Source: an uncultured bacterium (GTDB taxonomy: Bacteria; Zixibacteria; MSB-5A5; CAIYYT01). From it: DNA of 64,000 nt. The notes under the pieces are model-generated. The model had not been told where the DNA came from, ran no database searches, and saw nothing but the letters and a program-made list of their open reading frames with translations. The stretch's first letter is position 1. Every line of letters starts with the position of its first letter. Shown piece after piece: positions 41,906 to 52,437 of this stretch. The position numbers and the translations under genes are program-made. The stretch spans positions 416,001-480,000 of the forward strand of contig CAVSCK010000003.1 in assembly GCA_963726455.1 (NCBI GenBank), read 5' to 3'.

Positions 41906-42924
41906 AACTCGAGCTTTCGACGCTCCTCAAATTGATCGACCAGTGGTTGTCAACGCTCGGGCTGCCTACCTGGCTGGTGGACTTGATTGAAATGCTGGGC
42001 GCCGCTGTGATGGTGCTCGCGATGGCATTTCTGATCATCCTATTCCTGGTTTGGTGGGAGCGCAAACTATCGGGTCATTTCCAGCAACGTCTCGGGCCGA
42101 TGCGCACGGGCTGGCATGGCGTTCTTCAGACCGTCGCGGACGGCATCAAGCTATTTCAGAAAGAAGACATTATACCGCGATCGGTTGACCGCAAGGTGTT
42201 CTACTGGGCGCCGGTGATTTGTTTTGCGTCGTCATTTGCGGCCTTTGCGGCGATGCCGTGGGGTAAGGGACTGTGGCCGACGGATCTCAATATTGGGATT
42301 CTCTATATTTTCGCGGTCACCACGTTCGTGGTGATATCGCTGTTGATGGCGGGTTGGAGCTCGAACAACAAGTATGCCCTGCTGGGGGGCATGCGCTCGG
42401 CGGCGCAGATCATCAGCTACGAAGTGCCGTTGACATTGTCGGTGCTGGGTGTAGTGATGGTGGCTCAATCGCTGTCGATGGTGTCGATTGTCGAAGCGCA
42501 GGATAAGGTCTACAAGTGGTTCATATTCCGGCAGCCGCTGGGTTTCATAATATATCTCATAGCCGCAACCGCTGAGACCAACCGCGCGCCGTTCGATATT
42601 CCGGAAGCGGAACAGGAATTGGTCGCCGGATTCAATATCGAATACTCGGGCATGAAATTCGCGATGTTCTTCATGGCAGAATTTCTGAATCTGTTCCTGG
42701 TATCGGCAATTGCGGCGACGTTGTTCCTGGGCGGCTGGCACGGACCGTTCCTGCCGTCGTGGCTGTGGTTTTTGGGAAAGACATTCTTTATCGTGTTCAT
42801 AATAATCTGGTTCAAATGGACATACCCCCGCCTGCGCGTGGATCAACTGATGGAATTCTGTTGGAAGTTCCTGCTGCCGCTGGCGTTTTTGAACCTGATC
42901 ATCGCGGGATTCATTTTTAGGTAG
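41902..42924 (+). CDS. nuoH: NADH-quinone oxidoreductase subunit H
   Basis: ERKL...RLGP and AETNRAPFDIPEAEQELVAGF motifs. Confidence 0.95.
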   Translation: MKLELSTLLKLIDQWLSTLGLPTWLVDLIEMLGAAVMVLAMAFLIILFLVWWERKLSGHFQQRLGPMRTGWHGVLQTVADGIKLFQKEDIIPRSVDRKVFYWAPVICFASSFAAFAAMPWGKGLWPTDLNIGILYIFAVTTFVVISLLMAGWSSNNKYALLGGMRSAAQIISYEVPLTLSVLGVVMVAQSLSMVSIVEAQDKVYKWFIFRQPLGFIIYLIAATAETNRAPFDIPEAEQELVAGFNIEYSGMKFAMFFMAEFLNLFLVSAIAATLFLGGWHGPFLPSWLWFLGKTFFIVFIIIWFKWTYPRLRVDQLMEFCWKFLLPLAFLNLIIAGFIFR

Positions 42925-42928
42925 GCGC

Positions 42929-43516
42929 ATGGCATATAATCTTCCGGTTTTCCGCGGCATACTGAATCTACTTATCGGCCTCAAGGTGACATTACGCCAT
43001 CTGTTCAGCCATGCAATTACGTTGCAGTATCCGACCGAACGTTGGACAATGCCGGAACGCTCACGCGGCGTGGTCGTGCTGTTGTCCAACAAGGAAACGG
43101 GCGAGCTGAATTGCACGGCTTGCATACTTTGCGCGAAGGCCTGCCCGACGGCGGCGATCATTATCGAGCGACATCGCGGCGATGACAAGAAATGGAAGGT
43201 CGATTCCTTCAAGGTTGACAACAGCATTTGCTGCTATTGCGGACTGTGCGAAGAGGCGTGCAATTTCGACGCGATCAAGCTGACACCGAAGTACGAATTT
43301 TCGACTTATGACAAGCCAAGTCTCGTCTATGACGTTCACAAACTTCAGGAACTGGGACGAGACGTTGAGTATACACCGAGAGTCAAGAAGGCCTCGGCAG
43401 CCATTGCAACTGCGACTGCTACCACAGCTACGGCTACGGTAGTTGCTCCGGCGGCAGCGCCGACACCGACTATTGAGACTCCGGCAAATCCGGAAGAGAA
43501 AGGAGAAGGTGCATGA
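42929..43516 (+). CDS. nuoI: NADH-quinone oxidoreductase subunit I with Ala/Thr-rich tail
   Basis: Two ferredoxin-type motifs, CTACILCAKACP and CCYCGLCEEAC. Confidence 0.93.
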   Translation: MAYNLPVFRGILNLLIGLKVTLRHLFSHAITLQYPTERWTMPERSRGVVVLLSNKETGELNCTACILCAKACPTAAIIIERHRGDDKKWKVDSFKVDNSICCYCGLCEEACNFDAIKLTPKYEFSTYDKPSLVYDVHKLQELGRDVEYTPRVKKASAAIATATATTATATVVAPAAAPTPTIETPANPEEKGEGA

Positions 43517-44013
43517 CGGAATCGGCTATTGTCCCCTATCTGTTTTACATTTTCTCTTTCGTAGTAATTGTTTCCGGAATTCTGGTCGTCGTGGCGAAGA
43601 ATATATTCCACTGCGCGCTGTTCCTGATACTCTGCCTCTTTTCGGTAGCCGGTATCTATGTACTACTGGGCGCGGATTTTATCGCGGCGGTACAAGTTTT
43701 GCTATATGTAGGCGCCATTGCAGTACTGATGATATTCGCGATAATGTTAACGGCCAAAGTTTCGGGCATAGGTATTAAGCAGCAAAACGAGCAAGTGCCG
43801 GTGGCCATCATCACCACTGTCGCCTTTGTAGCTATTGCTCTGTTTGGACTGGGCAAGACGATCTGGAATGTCAAAGATACTGACATACCAGCCAATGCCA
43901 CGATGTCGATCGGCAAGCTGTTGCTGACGACCTACGTGGTGCCGTTCGAGATCGTTTCAGTGGTGTTGCTGACGGCCTTGATCGGCGCAATCGTGATTGC
44001 GAGGAGAGACTAG
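43513..44013 (+). CDS. nuoJ: NADH-quinone oxidoreductase subunit J
   Basis: QVLLYVGAIAVL and PFEIVSVVLL motifs. Confidence 0.93.
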   Translation: MTESAIVPYLFYIFSFVVIVSGILVVVAKNIFHCALFLILCLFSVAGIYVLLGADFIAAVQVLLYVGAIAVLMIFAIMLTAKVSGIGIKQQNEQVPVAIITTVAFVAIALFGLGKTIWNVKDTDIPANATMSIGKLLLTTYVVPFEIVSVVLLTALIGAIVIARRD

Positions 44014-44324
44014 TGACAATCGGATTGATGCACTACCTGGCGCTGGCGGCGATTCTGTTCGGGATCGGGATGTTCGGCGTGCTGACGCGCCGGAATGCGA
44101 TCGGGATATTGATGTCGATTGAGCTGATGTTCAACGCGGTCAACATCAACCTGGTGGCATTCAATCGCTTCGTAACGCCGGCTGATTTTACCGGACAGAT
44201 TTTTTCGATTTTTACGATAGTCGTGGCCGCCGCGGAAGCAACCGTGGGGCTGGCGATTGTGCTTTTGATATATCGCAATTTCCGCGACATCTTTGTTGAT
44301 AACATTAATCTGATGAAATGGTGA
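44013..44324 (+). CDS. nuoK: NADH-quinone oxidoreductase subunit K
   Basis: MSIELMFNAVN and VAAAEATVGLA motifs. Confidence 0.95.
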   Translation: MTIGLMHYLALAAILFGIGMFGVLTRRNAIGILMSIELMFNAVNINLVAFNRFVTPADFTGQIFSIFTIVVAAAEATVGLAIVLLIYRNFRDIFVDNINLMKW

Positions 44325-44327
44325 GCC

Positions 44328-46247
44328 GTGCGCGAACTTAGCTGGATCATACCGTTGTTGCCGCTGTTGTCGTTTGCGGTAATCGTTCTGTTCACCCGGA
44401 ACAATCGCACACTCTCTTCGGGGATTTCAATCGGCGCGATCGGCATCGGCTTCATTTATGCGGTCTCGTTGTTGATTCGGCAACTGGGCGACAACTCGGA
44501 TTTCGAGATGCGGTTTGCCTGGGCGGTATTCCCGACTATAAAGCTTGAAGTCGGGATACTGATCGACTCACTGACGACGATGATGCTGGTGGTGGTTACC
44601 ACGGTGTCGATGCTGGTGCAGATTTATTCGCTGGGCTATATGAAAGGCGACCCGAGGTTCTCGCGTTATTACGCCTATCTGTCGCTGTTTACGTTTTCGA
44701 TGCTGGGGCTGGTGCTGTCGAACAACTTCTTCCTGATCTTCATATTCTGGGAGTTGGTCGGCCTGACCTCCTATCTGTTGATCGGTTTCTGGTTTGAAAA
44801 GAAAACGGCTGCCGACGCGGGCAAGAAGGCATTTATCACGACCCGCATCGGTGATCTTGGATTCATCGTCGGCATATTACTGCTGAGCATTTACGCGGGA
44901 ACTCTCAATTTCAAAGAGGTCTTCGCACAGGCGGCCGGTGGCGTCATACCAACGGCGGCGTTGTCGTTGGCAGGCATATTTATTTTCTGCGGCGCGGTCG
45001 GCAAGTCGGCGCAGTTCCCGCTGCATGTCTGGTTGCCGGACGCCATGGAAGGCCCAACACCGGTGTCGGCATTGATTCATGCCGCGACGATGGTGGCGGC
45101 CGGTGTGTATCTGGTAGCGCGCTCGATGGCGATTTACATCAACGCTCCGGATGCCGGAATGGTTGTGGCGGTGATTGGAATCACGACGGCGTTATTGGCG
45201 GCGTCAATCGCACTGGTGCAAAACGATATTAAGAGAATTCTGGCTTATTCCACGGTGAGCCAACTTGGCTATATGATCATGGCGCTGGGACTGGGGTCGT
45301 TCACGGCCGGCACCCTGCATCTGATGACGCATGCGTTCTTCAAAGCCCTACTGTTCCTCTGCGCGGGCTCGGTGATACATGCCGTACACACGCAGGATAT
45401 TCAGCAGATGGGCGGCCTGCGCAACAAGATGAAGATTACGTTCTGGGCGATGTTCATTGCCTCACTGTCGATCGCGGGCATACCTCCCCTATCGGGATTC
45501 TGGTCGAAGGATGAGATTGTCACGGCGACGATGGGACATCCGGTATTCATGGTGTTGACGCTGCTCGTGGCGTTCATGACCGCGTTCTACATGTTCCGAC
45601 TGATCTTCCTGACGTTCTTCGGCAATCCGCGTGACCAGCATGCATACGACCACGCGCATGAGTCTCCGCGCACGATGACGACGCCGCTGCAAATTCTGGC
45701 GGTGCTTTCGATCTGCGCCGGCTGGGTGGCGATTCCCTGGCTCAAAGAAGGTTACTCGATGTTCGTTTACTATCACGAGCCGGAGGAAACCAGCCCGCAT
45801 TATCTGATCATGCTGGTTTCGAGCGTGGTGGCGCTCAGTGGAATGGGCTTGTCGTACCTGGTGTACTTCAAACGGAGCATTTCGGCGGACGCGCTGGCGG
45901 CGAAATTCAAGCCGGTGTATACGCTTTTCTACAATAAGTGGTATTTCGATGAGATCTACGACCGCGTGATAATCCAGCCGGTGCTGAGATTGACTTCGGG
46001 ACTCTGGACGTTCGATGGCGGTGTGATCGATTGGGTCGTCAATTTCTTTGGCAAGTTCACGATCTGGGTGTCGGACGTCAAACAATGGTTCGACGTGCAC
46101 ATCGTTGACGGCGCCGTCAACGGGCTTGGATACACGATCTGGAACACGGGAGCGCTGCTACGTCAGGTTCAGACCGGACGCGTGCAGACATACGGCTTCA
46201 TTATAGTATTGGGCATCGTGCTAATGTTGGCTTTCAAAGTGGTATAA
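44328..46247 (+). CDS. nuoL: NADH-quinone oxidoreductase subunit L
   Basis: GKSAQFPLHVWLPDAMEGPTPVSALIHAATMV motif. Confidence 0.95.
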   Translation: MRELSWIIPLLPLLSFAVIVLFTRNNRTLSSGISIGAIGIGFIYAVSLLIRQLGDNSDFEMRFAWAVFPTIKLEVGILIDSLTTMMLVVVTTVSMLVQIYSLGYMKGDPRFSRYYAYLSLFTFSMLGLVLSNNFFLIFIFWELVGLTSYLLIGFWFEKKTAADAGKKAFITTRIGDLGFIVGILLLSIYAGTLNFKEVFAQAAGGVIPTAALSLAGIFIFCGAVGKSAQFPLHVWLPDAMEGPTPVSALIHAATMVAAGVYLVARSMAIYINAPDAGMVVAVIGITTALLAASIALVQNDIKRILAYSTVSQLGYMIMALGLGSFTAGTLHLMTHAFFKALLFLCAGSVIHAVHTQDIQQMGGLRNKMKITFWAMFIASLSIAGIPPLSGFWSKDEIVTATMGHPVFMVLTLLVAFMTAFYMFRLIFLTFFGNPRDQHAYDHAHESPRTMTTPLQILAVLSICAGWVAIPWLKEGYSMFVYYHEPEETSPHYLIMLVSSVVALSGMGLSYLVYFKRSISADALAAKFKPVYTLFYNKWYFDEIYDRVIIQPVLRLTSGLWTFDGGVIDWVVNFFGKFTIWVSDVKQWFDVHIVDGAVNGLGYTIWNTGALLRQVQTGRVQTYGFIIVLGIVLMLAFKVV

Positions 46248-46269
46248 GCAGACTGCAGGAGCAATAAGT

Positions 46270-47766
46270 ATGGGATTTCCAATTCTAAGTTTGATGATCT
46301 TCACCCCGCTAATCGGCATGGTGGTGGTGATGATGCTCAACAAGGACAACTTCAAGTTGATCCGCTGGGTGTCGACCGGCATCAGCATTATTCCGCTGAT
46401 CCTGTCAATCATTCTCGCTGCCGGGTACGACTCATCCACCAGCGCCATGCAATTTGTCGAAAAAGCCAGTTGGATTCCCTCGCTGTCGATCCAGTATTTC
46501 CTCGGAGTCGACGGTTTATCAGTGCCGATGCTGTTCCTGACCACTCTGCTGTCCACTATTTCGTTGATTGTATCTTTCAATATCACCAACCGCGTGAAAG
46601 AATATTTCGCCTTCTTCCTCTTGCTGGAAGCGGGTATGCTGGGCGTGTTTGCTTCGCTGGACTTCTTCCTGTTCTACATCTTCTGGGAAGTAATGCTGGT
46701 GCCGATGTACTTCCTGATCGGTATCTGGGGCGGTCCGCGCAAGGAATACGCGGCGATCAAGTTCTTCCTGTATACGCTGTTCGGTTCGATCTTCATGCTG
46801 GTCGGCATATTGGTCATGTACCTGTCGACCACGCCGCACACGCTGGATATGATGGAGTTGATCGCCAGGGGATCGACGTACACACATTCGATGCAGTTAC
46901 TGGTCTGGGTGTTCTTCTTCCTGGCGTTTGCGATCAAGGTGCCGATTTTCCCCTTCCACACGTGGTTGCCGGACGCACACGTGGAGGCGCCCACGGCGGT
47001 TTCGATCATTCTTGCCGGCGTCTTGTTGAAAATGGGAACGTATGGATTCCTGCGAATCAGCTATCCGATGCTGCCATACGGCACGAATTACTTCGCGTAT
47101 CCGTTCGCCATTCTGGGTTTGATCGGTATCATCTACGGCGCGCTGGTTTCGATGGCGCAGAAGGATTTGAAGAAGCTGGTCGCGTACTCGTCGGTGTCGC
47201 ACATGGGATACTGCATTCTGGGAATGGCCGTGTTCTTCATCGATCAAGCATCAGGCAAGCCGCATATCACCGGACTTGCGGGCGCGTACTTTCAGATGTT
47301 CAGCCACGGATTGATTACGGGCGCGCTGTTCTTGCTGGTCGGCGTACTTTATGATCGCGCGCATACCAGAGAGATCGCGGCCTTCGGCGGATTGGGCGCC
47401 AAGCTGCCGGTGTACACGGCGTTTATGACGGTCTTTGCGATGGCATCACTCGGACTGCCAGGAATGTCAGGATTTGTCGCAGAGTTCATGGTGTTCCTGG
47501 GAGCATTCCCGAAATACCCGATTGTCACGGGTTTGGCAGTAGTTGGTGTCGTGCTGACCGCGGGGTATATCCTGCGGATGGTGCAGAAGATGTTCCTGGG
47601 AGAATTCAATACGAAATGGTCTGCGCTAACTGAGATCAATGCACGGGAAATAATCGCGGTAACGCCGCTGTTGGTGCTGACGATTGCGCTGGGCGTTTAC
47701 CCCAAGCCGCTGGTTGATATGATTTCATCGACGCTATCGAATATAGTGGTACAGGTGATGAGGTAA
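46270..47766 (+). CDS. nuoM: NADH-quinone oxidoreductase subunit M
   Basis: PFHTWLPDAHVEAPT and AYSSVSHMG motifs. Confidence 0.95.
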   Translation: MGFPILSLMIFTPLIGMVVVMMLNKDNFKLIRWVSTGISIIPLILSIILAAGYDSSTSAMQFVEKASWIPSLSIQYFLGVDGLSVPMLFLTTLLSTISLIVSFNITNRVKEYFAFFLLLEAGMLGVFASLDFFLFYIFWEVMLVPMYFLIGIWGGPRKEYAAIKFFLYTLFGSIFMLVGILVMYLSTTPHTLDMMELIARGSTYTHSMQLLVWVFFFLAFAIKVPIFPFHTWLPDAHVEAPTAVSIILAGVLLKMGTYGFLRISYPMLPYGTNYFAYPFAILGLIGIIYGALVSMAQKDLKKLVAYSSVSHMGYCILGMAVFFIDQASGKPHITGLAGAYFQMFSHGLITGALFLLVGVLYDRAHTREIAAFGGLGAKLPVYTAFMTVFAMASLGLPGMSGFVAEFMVFLGAFPKYPIVTGLAVVGVVLTAGYILRMVQKMFLGEFNTKWSALTEINAREIIAVTPLLVLTIALGVYPKPLVDMISSTLSNIVVQVMR

Positions 47767-49239
47767 ATGATGCCTGACCTGAAGTTGATGTTGCCGGAGC
47801 TGTTCCTGTTTATCTGGGCAGTGGTTGTCCTGGTGTTCGGAATCAGCCGGAAGGAACGCAGCCGTGACAGCTTGATCTATTTGACATTGGCCGGGCTGGT
47901 CATTACGGGTGTTCTCATTCCGATTGCAGGTTACGGCAGTCTCTTCGGGGAAACGTTCATCGTCGACAAATACGCGGTCTTCTTCAAAATAGTATTCTTG
48001 AGTGCGGCATTCCTTGCCGTGTCATCGTCGCGCGAGTTCGTGGGCAAATTGCCGGCGGATAAGGGCGAGTTCTTTTCGCTGATTCTGCTTTCGACCATCG
48101 GCATGATGTTCCTGACTTCGACGGCCGAGTTGATCACACTTTACGTGTCATTGGAATTGACAACAATTCCGCTGTTCGTACTGGCGGCGTATCGCAAGGA
48201 CCGGCTCAATTCGTCCGAGGCCGGACTGAAGTATCTGATTCTGGGCGCGGTATCGTCGGCGATTCTGCTGTATGGTATCTCGCTGGTCTACGGTTTGACC
48301 GGCACGACCTTCCTGAAGCCGGCGTTGAGCAGACTCATTGAGCAGTCGGTGCCGATGTTGCTGGCGAGTGGAAATCTCAACATGGCGGCGGTGATTGCCA
48401 TGATTATGATGCTGGCGGGTTTCGGTTTCAAACTGGCGCTGGTGCCGTTCCACATGTGGGCGCCGGACGTTTACGAAGGCGCTCCGACCCCGATTACTTC
48501 ATTTCTGTCGGTGGCATCCAAAGGCGCCGGCGTCGCAGCGTTGGCGCGGGTGTTTTATTCTACACTGCCGATGTTCCATGACGCACAGTGGTCGACTTAC
48601 GTAGCCGTACTGGCCGCTCTGGCGATGATAATTGGCAACATCACAGCGGTAATGCAATCCAATATCAAGCGCATGCTGGCGTTTTCGTCGATTGCGCATG
48701 CTGGATACGTGTTGGTTGGATTCGTCGCGCTTCCGCAAGGCAAGGCGGCGACCCCGTACGGACCGGCTTCGATTTTGGTTTACATGATGGCTTATCTTTT
48801 CACCAATATGGGCGCCTTCGCGTGCGCGATTGCGTTCGCAAAAAACTACGGATCATATGAGATCAAGGATTATGAGGGCCTGTCGAAGAACTCCCCCGGA
48901 CTCGCGTTGTTGTTCACGATATTTCTGTTGTCGCTGGCGGGCATTCCGCCGTTAGCCGGCTTTGTGGCGAAGTACAATGTATTTCTGGCCTGCTGGAGCC
49001 AGTTCCCGTGGCTGGTCATGGTGGGTGTGCTGACCTCAGTGATAGCACTCTTCTACTATGCCAATATCATCAAGCAAATGTATTTCAATCGCCAGGAAAC
49101 CAAACTGGCCAGAGCCGTTTATGATCGCCCGCTTGCCCTGACATTGGTGCTGACCACGCTGGGAACGATTGCGGTTGGTGTCTATCCCGAGCCGATCGTG
49201 CGTTTTGCCACTGAAGCGGTCAGGGTATTCCCCTTTTAG
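47767..49239 (+). CDS. nuoN: NADH-quinone oxidoreductase subunit N
   Basis: EAGLKY and PFHMWAPDVYEGAPTP motifs. Confidence 0.95.
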   Translation: MMPDLKLMLPELFLFIWAVVVLVFGISRKERSRDSLIYLTLAGLVITGVLIPIAGYGSLFGETFIVDKYAVFFKIVFLSAAFLAVSSSREFVGKLPADKGEFFSLILLSTIGMMFLTSTAELITLYVSLELTTIPLFVLAAYRKDRLNSSEAGLKYLILGAVSSAILLYGISLVYGLTGTTFLKPALSRLIEQSVPMLLASGNLNMAAVIAMIMMLAGFGFKLALVPFHMWAPDVYEGAPTPITSFLSVASKGAGVAALARVFYSTLPMFHDAQWSTYVAVLAALAMIIGNITAVMQSNIKRMLAFSSIAHAGYVLVGFVALPQGKAATPYGPASILVYMMAYLFTNMGAFACAIAFAKNYGSYEIKDYEGLSKNSPGLALLFTIFLLSLAGIPPLAGFVAKYNVFLACWSQFPWLVMVGVLTSVIALFYYANIIKQMYFNRQETKLARAVYDRPLALTLVLTTLGTIAVGVYPEPIVRFATEAVRVFPF

Positions 49240-49240
49240 G

Positions 49241-49269
49241 TTGACATCCCGATCTGCATTGTTTACACT
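49241..49269 (+). promoter_or_regulatory. Sigma-70 promoter for the DUF502 operon
   Basis: TTGACA-17 nt-TACACT immediately after the nuoN stop. Confidence 0.65.
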
Positions 49270-49298
49270 CTGACGCGGTCAAGCTGCGCTCAAAAACT

Positions 49299-49937
49299 AT
49301 GAACATTCTGGGCTACATCAAAAGCAGTATCAAGCGTTACTTTCTAGCCGGCATCCTCGTTATCGTGCCGCTAATCATTACGTACGTTGTCCTGAAATTC
49401 TTCCTGACCTCGATCGACGGCATCCTGTCGCCGCTGGTAGCCAAGTATCTGGGCTACGAGATTCCCGGGCTGGGAGTCGTAATCACCATCATCATAATTT
49501 TCGGAGCCGGCGTCCTGACGCGTGGCGTTTTCGGACGTGGCGCTGTGAAGATGTGGGAGCGGTTTCTGACGACGTTACCTCTGGTCAAGACAATATACGG
49601 CGCCTCCAAGCAATTGCTGGCTTCGGTTGCCGAACCGAGGGAGTCTACCTTTCAGCGAGTCGTTATTATACCCTACCCGAGATTGGGAGTGTACTGCTTT
49701 GCATTTGCGGCCAGCGAGGTGACACTTGACATTCATGACTTGGGCAGCGATTATGTTGCTGTGTTTATTCCATCGACGCCAACACCTTTCACCGGCTTTG
49801 TCGTGATGGTTAAAAAAGCTGAGGTTTATCCGACAAATATAAGTGTGGAGCAGGCCGTCAAATTCATTGTCTCGGGAGGTGTAGTAACCCCGGAGATGTT
49901 GACGCCGCGCCTTAATGGAATAGACGGCCCTGCATGA
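49299..49937 (+). CDS. DUF502 membrane protein
   Basis: YFLAGILVIVP, LPLVKTIYG, VFIPSTPTPFTGF and FIVSGG motifs. Confidence 0.88.
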   Translation: MNILGYIKSSIKRYFLAGILVIVPLIITYVVLKFFLTSIDGILSPLVAKYLGYEIPGLGVVITIIIIFGAGVLTRGVFGRGAVKMWERFLTTLPLVKTIYGASKQLLASVAEPRESTFQRVVIIPYPRLGVYCFAFAASEVTLDIHDLGSDYVAVFIPSTPTPFTGFVVMVKKAEVYPTNISVEQAVKFIVSGGVVTPEMLTPRLNGIDGPA

Positions 49938-50839
49938 GACTCTCCGCACTTCTTTCCGAAGAACTTGTTCTCGCCGACATGGCGGCCAACACCAAGGCCG
50001 AGGCCCTCACAACGTTGCTGGGCCAATTGGGCAGGCGGTTTCCATTTCTGGATATGGAGAGTATCGCCGAAGCCATTGATGAGCGGGAGCGGATCGAGAA
50101 CACGTCGTATGGGCATGGTTATGCGTTTCCGCACGCGCGCACGGATGCAGTCGAACGGATGTATATCGCAATCGGCGTGAGCAAGAAGGGCCTGTCGGAT
50201 AAGACACCGGACGATGTTGCATTGCGCGTGGTTTGTTTGATGCTGACTCCTTCGAACATATCGCAACTTTATTTGCAGACGCTTTCGGCATTCGCGCGCT
50301 TTGCTAGAGACACCGCGAATCTCAAGAAGTTGCTGGAGGCCAAGAATTCGGCGCAGGTAATCGAAGCCATTTATCAATCGAATGTGGTAGTCGACCGGGA
50401 GTTGCTCGTGCGGGACATAATGGTGGAGCGAGTGATAAGCGTCACGACGAACCAGTCTTTGAAGGAAGTCGCCAATCTCTTCTATCGACACCGAATCGGC
50501 GAAATGCCCGTTGTTGACGGGCAGAACCGGGTGGTCGGACAGATTTCCAACCGTGATCTGATCAAGGCCGCACTCACCGACTACAATACTTTGCTAGGCA
50601 AACCGGACACCAACGAGGATTCGGCTCTGCTTGACGATCTGCTTAAGACCCAGGAACGAATGACCGTCAATCAAGTCATGCTGCGCGAACTGACCACCAC
50701 GACGGAGGATACGCCCGTAGTACAACTGGCGACAACAATGCTCAACAAGAGTCTCCGGATGGTGCCGGTAGTGCGCGAGGAAAAGCTAGTGGGTGTCGTG
50801 GTTATGTCCGACATAGTCTCCAAGATTATCCGTGGGTAA
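49934..50839 (+). CDS. PTS EIIA (Ntr/Fru-type) domain fused to a CBS pair
   Basis: ERERIENTSYGHGYAFPHAR phospho-His motif; two CBS domains (VRDIM...MPVVD; VPVV...LVGVV...DI). Confidence 0.85.
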   Translation: MRLSALLSEELVLADMAANTKAEALTTLLGQLGRRFPFLDMESIAEAIDERERIENTSYGHGYAFPHARTDAVERMYIAIGVSKKGLSDKTPDDVALRVVCLMLTPSNISQLYLQTLSAFARFARDTANLKKLLEAKNSAQVIEAIYQSNVVVDRELLVRDIMVERVISVTTNQSLKEVANLFYRHRIGEMPVVDGQNRVVGQISNRDLIKAALTDYNTLLGKPDTNEDSALLDDLLKTQERMTVNQVMLRELTTTTEDTPVVQLATTMLNKSLRMVPVVREEKLVGVVVMSDIVSKIIRG

Positions 50840-50878
50840 CAAGTTACCTTCCTCACCAGAAGCGCGAGAGGTGACTCG

Positions 50879-51833
50879 GTGAATGCGTTTCTCCTTTGGG
50901 GCGGATTCGTGCTGTTCGTCCTGGTGATGATCACTATCGATCTGGGACTGTTTCATCGTCATGCCCATTCGGTCAAGCCGAAAGAAGCGTTAATCTGGTG
51001 CGCTGTCTGGGTAGGCCTGGCGCTGCTATTCAATGCCGGGGTCTACCATTACACCGATTCGCAACACGCGGTCGAGTTTCTTACCGGTTACCTGATTGAG
51101 CTATCGCTGAGTCTGGACAATCTGTTTGTCTTCCTGCTCATCTTCATGTTCTTCCGGGTTCCGAAACAATTACAGCATAAGGTTCTTTACTGGGGCATTC
51201 TCGGGGCACTGGTCATGCGCGCGATAATGATTGTCACGGGCATCGCACTGATCAACACTTTCCACTGGATCATTTATGTCTTCGGCGCGTTCCTGATCTA
51301 TACCGGCGTCAAGATGTTCGTTACCGGGGACAAACAGATTGAACCGGAGGCCAATCCCGTGATCAAATTGGCGCGGAAGGTCTTTCCGATCACTCATGAA
51401 TTTCACGGCAATCATTTCTTCGTGCGATCGGAAACCGGCCTGCTGGCAACACCCATGTTCCTGGTGTTGCTGGTGATTGAAACGACGGATCTCGTATTCG
51501 CGGTCGATTCGATACCGGCGATTCTGGCTATCACGCGTGACACGTTTATCGTATACACGTCCAACGTATTCGCAATACTTGGCTTGCGGTCGTTCTACTT
51601 CGCGCTGGCGGGCATGTTCGAAAAGTTCCGGTTTCTCAAAGTCGGGCTGTCGTTCGTGCTTAGCTTCGTGGGCGTGAAGATGTTGATCGCGGACTTCTTT
51701 CAAAATACCCACGCTCGTATCTCTGGCGGTGATTGCCGTGGCGATCGGGACATCAATACTGATATCATTCTTCGTACCCGACAAATCAGTAACAGTCGAT
51801 GCTAAAGACGGCAAGGATCATACGAAGAAGTGA
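50879..51833 (+). CDS. terC: TerC/Alx family metal-homeostasis membrane protein, +1 frameshift near 51699
   Basis: GYLIELSLSLDNLFVF, DLVFAVDSIPA and SNVFAILGLR; last TM helix (KIPTLVSLAVIAVAI) in the next frame. Confidence 0.88.
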
Positions 51834-51846
51834 CCTTGCCGCAGAG

Positions 51847-52422
51847 CTATTCTGCGGGCTGCTCTGATTCTGTCAATACCTTCCAGGTTTTCGAAGATTG
51901 CAGCCGCTGGATTTCCTGATCGCGTTGGCCATCATCAAACTTCAGGAAAGCATTGTCATTGGCATAGCGTTCATCCTCACTTTCCTCAAGCGACAACAAC
52001 CGCCGAAGCATCAAATAGGCCTCGTCGCATACGCGACGATGCGGAGGTCTCTGATCGGACGACGTGAAGGCGGCTGCCGAGTCGGACTCACGCGTGTCTG
52101 AAAGCATTTTCTCCAAGGTTCCAGTCAGGCGGGCGCGATTCGCAAGGTGAACGACGAGCGCGGCCCTAACGTCCCAAACGTAATCTTCCGGAGGATCATT
52201 CTGCAATGAATCCAGCAACGGGTCGGCGGTGAGTGTACTCAAACGGAGTAACACTGCAGAGGCGGTAGCTCGGGTGTTGTTATCATCGGCGTGGGCAAGC
52301 CGCACAACTTCCCTGGGCTCTTTGAGTGACTTGTCTTTGATCGCGGTCGCCAGACTGTCGATCGACTGTTCGTCGTTCGGCTGTGTCTGCATTATGGTTT
52401 CGCTGACGGTTCGGTACGGCAT
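51847..52422 (-). CDS. Hypothetical helical (HEAT-like) protein; candidate immunity/partner protein
   Basis: RBS GAGGTG; helical repeats and RVCDEAY motif; directly follows a putative effector. Confidence 0.55.
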   Translation of the reverse strand: MPYRTVSETIMQTQPNDEQSIDSLATAIKDKSLKEPREVVRLAHADDNNTRATASAVLLRLSTLTADPLLDSLQNDPPEDYVWDVRAALVVHLANRARLTGTLEKMLSDTRESDSAAAFTSSDQRPPHRRVCDEAYLMLRRLLSLEESEDERYANDNAFLKFDDGQRDQEIQRLQSSKTWKVLTESEQPAE

Positions 52423-52437
52423 GTATTCACCTCTGAC

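Noticed and set aside
50840-50878. yybP-ykoY Mn riboswitch before terC
   Set aside because: The intergenic gap is under 40 nt, too short for the aptamer
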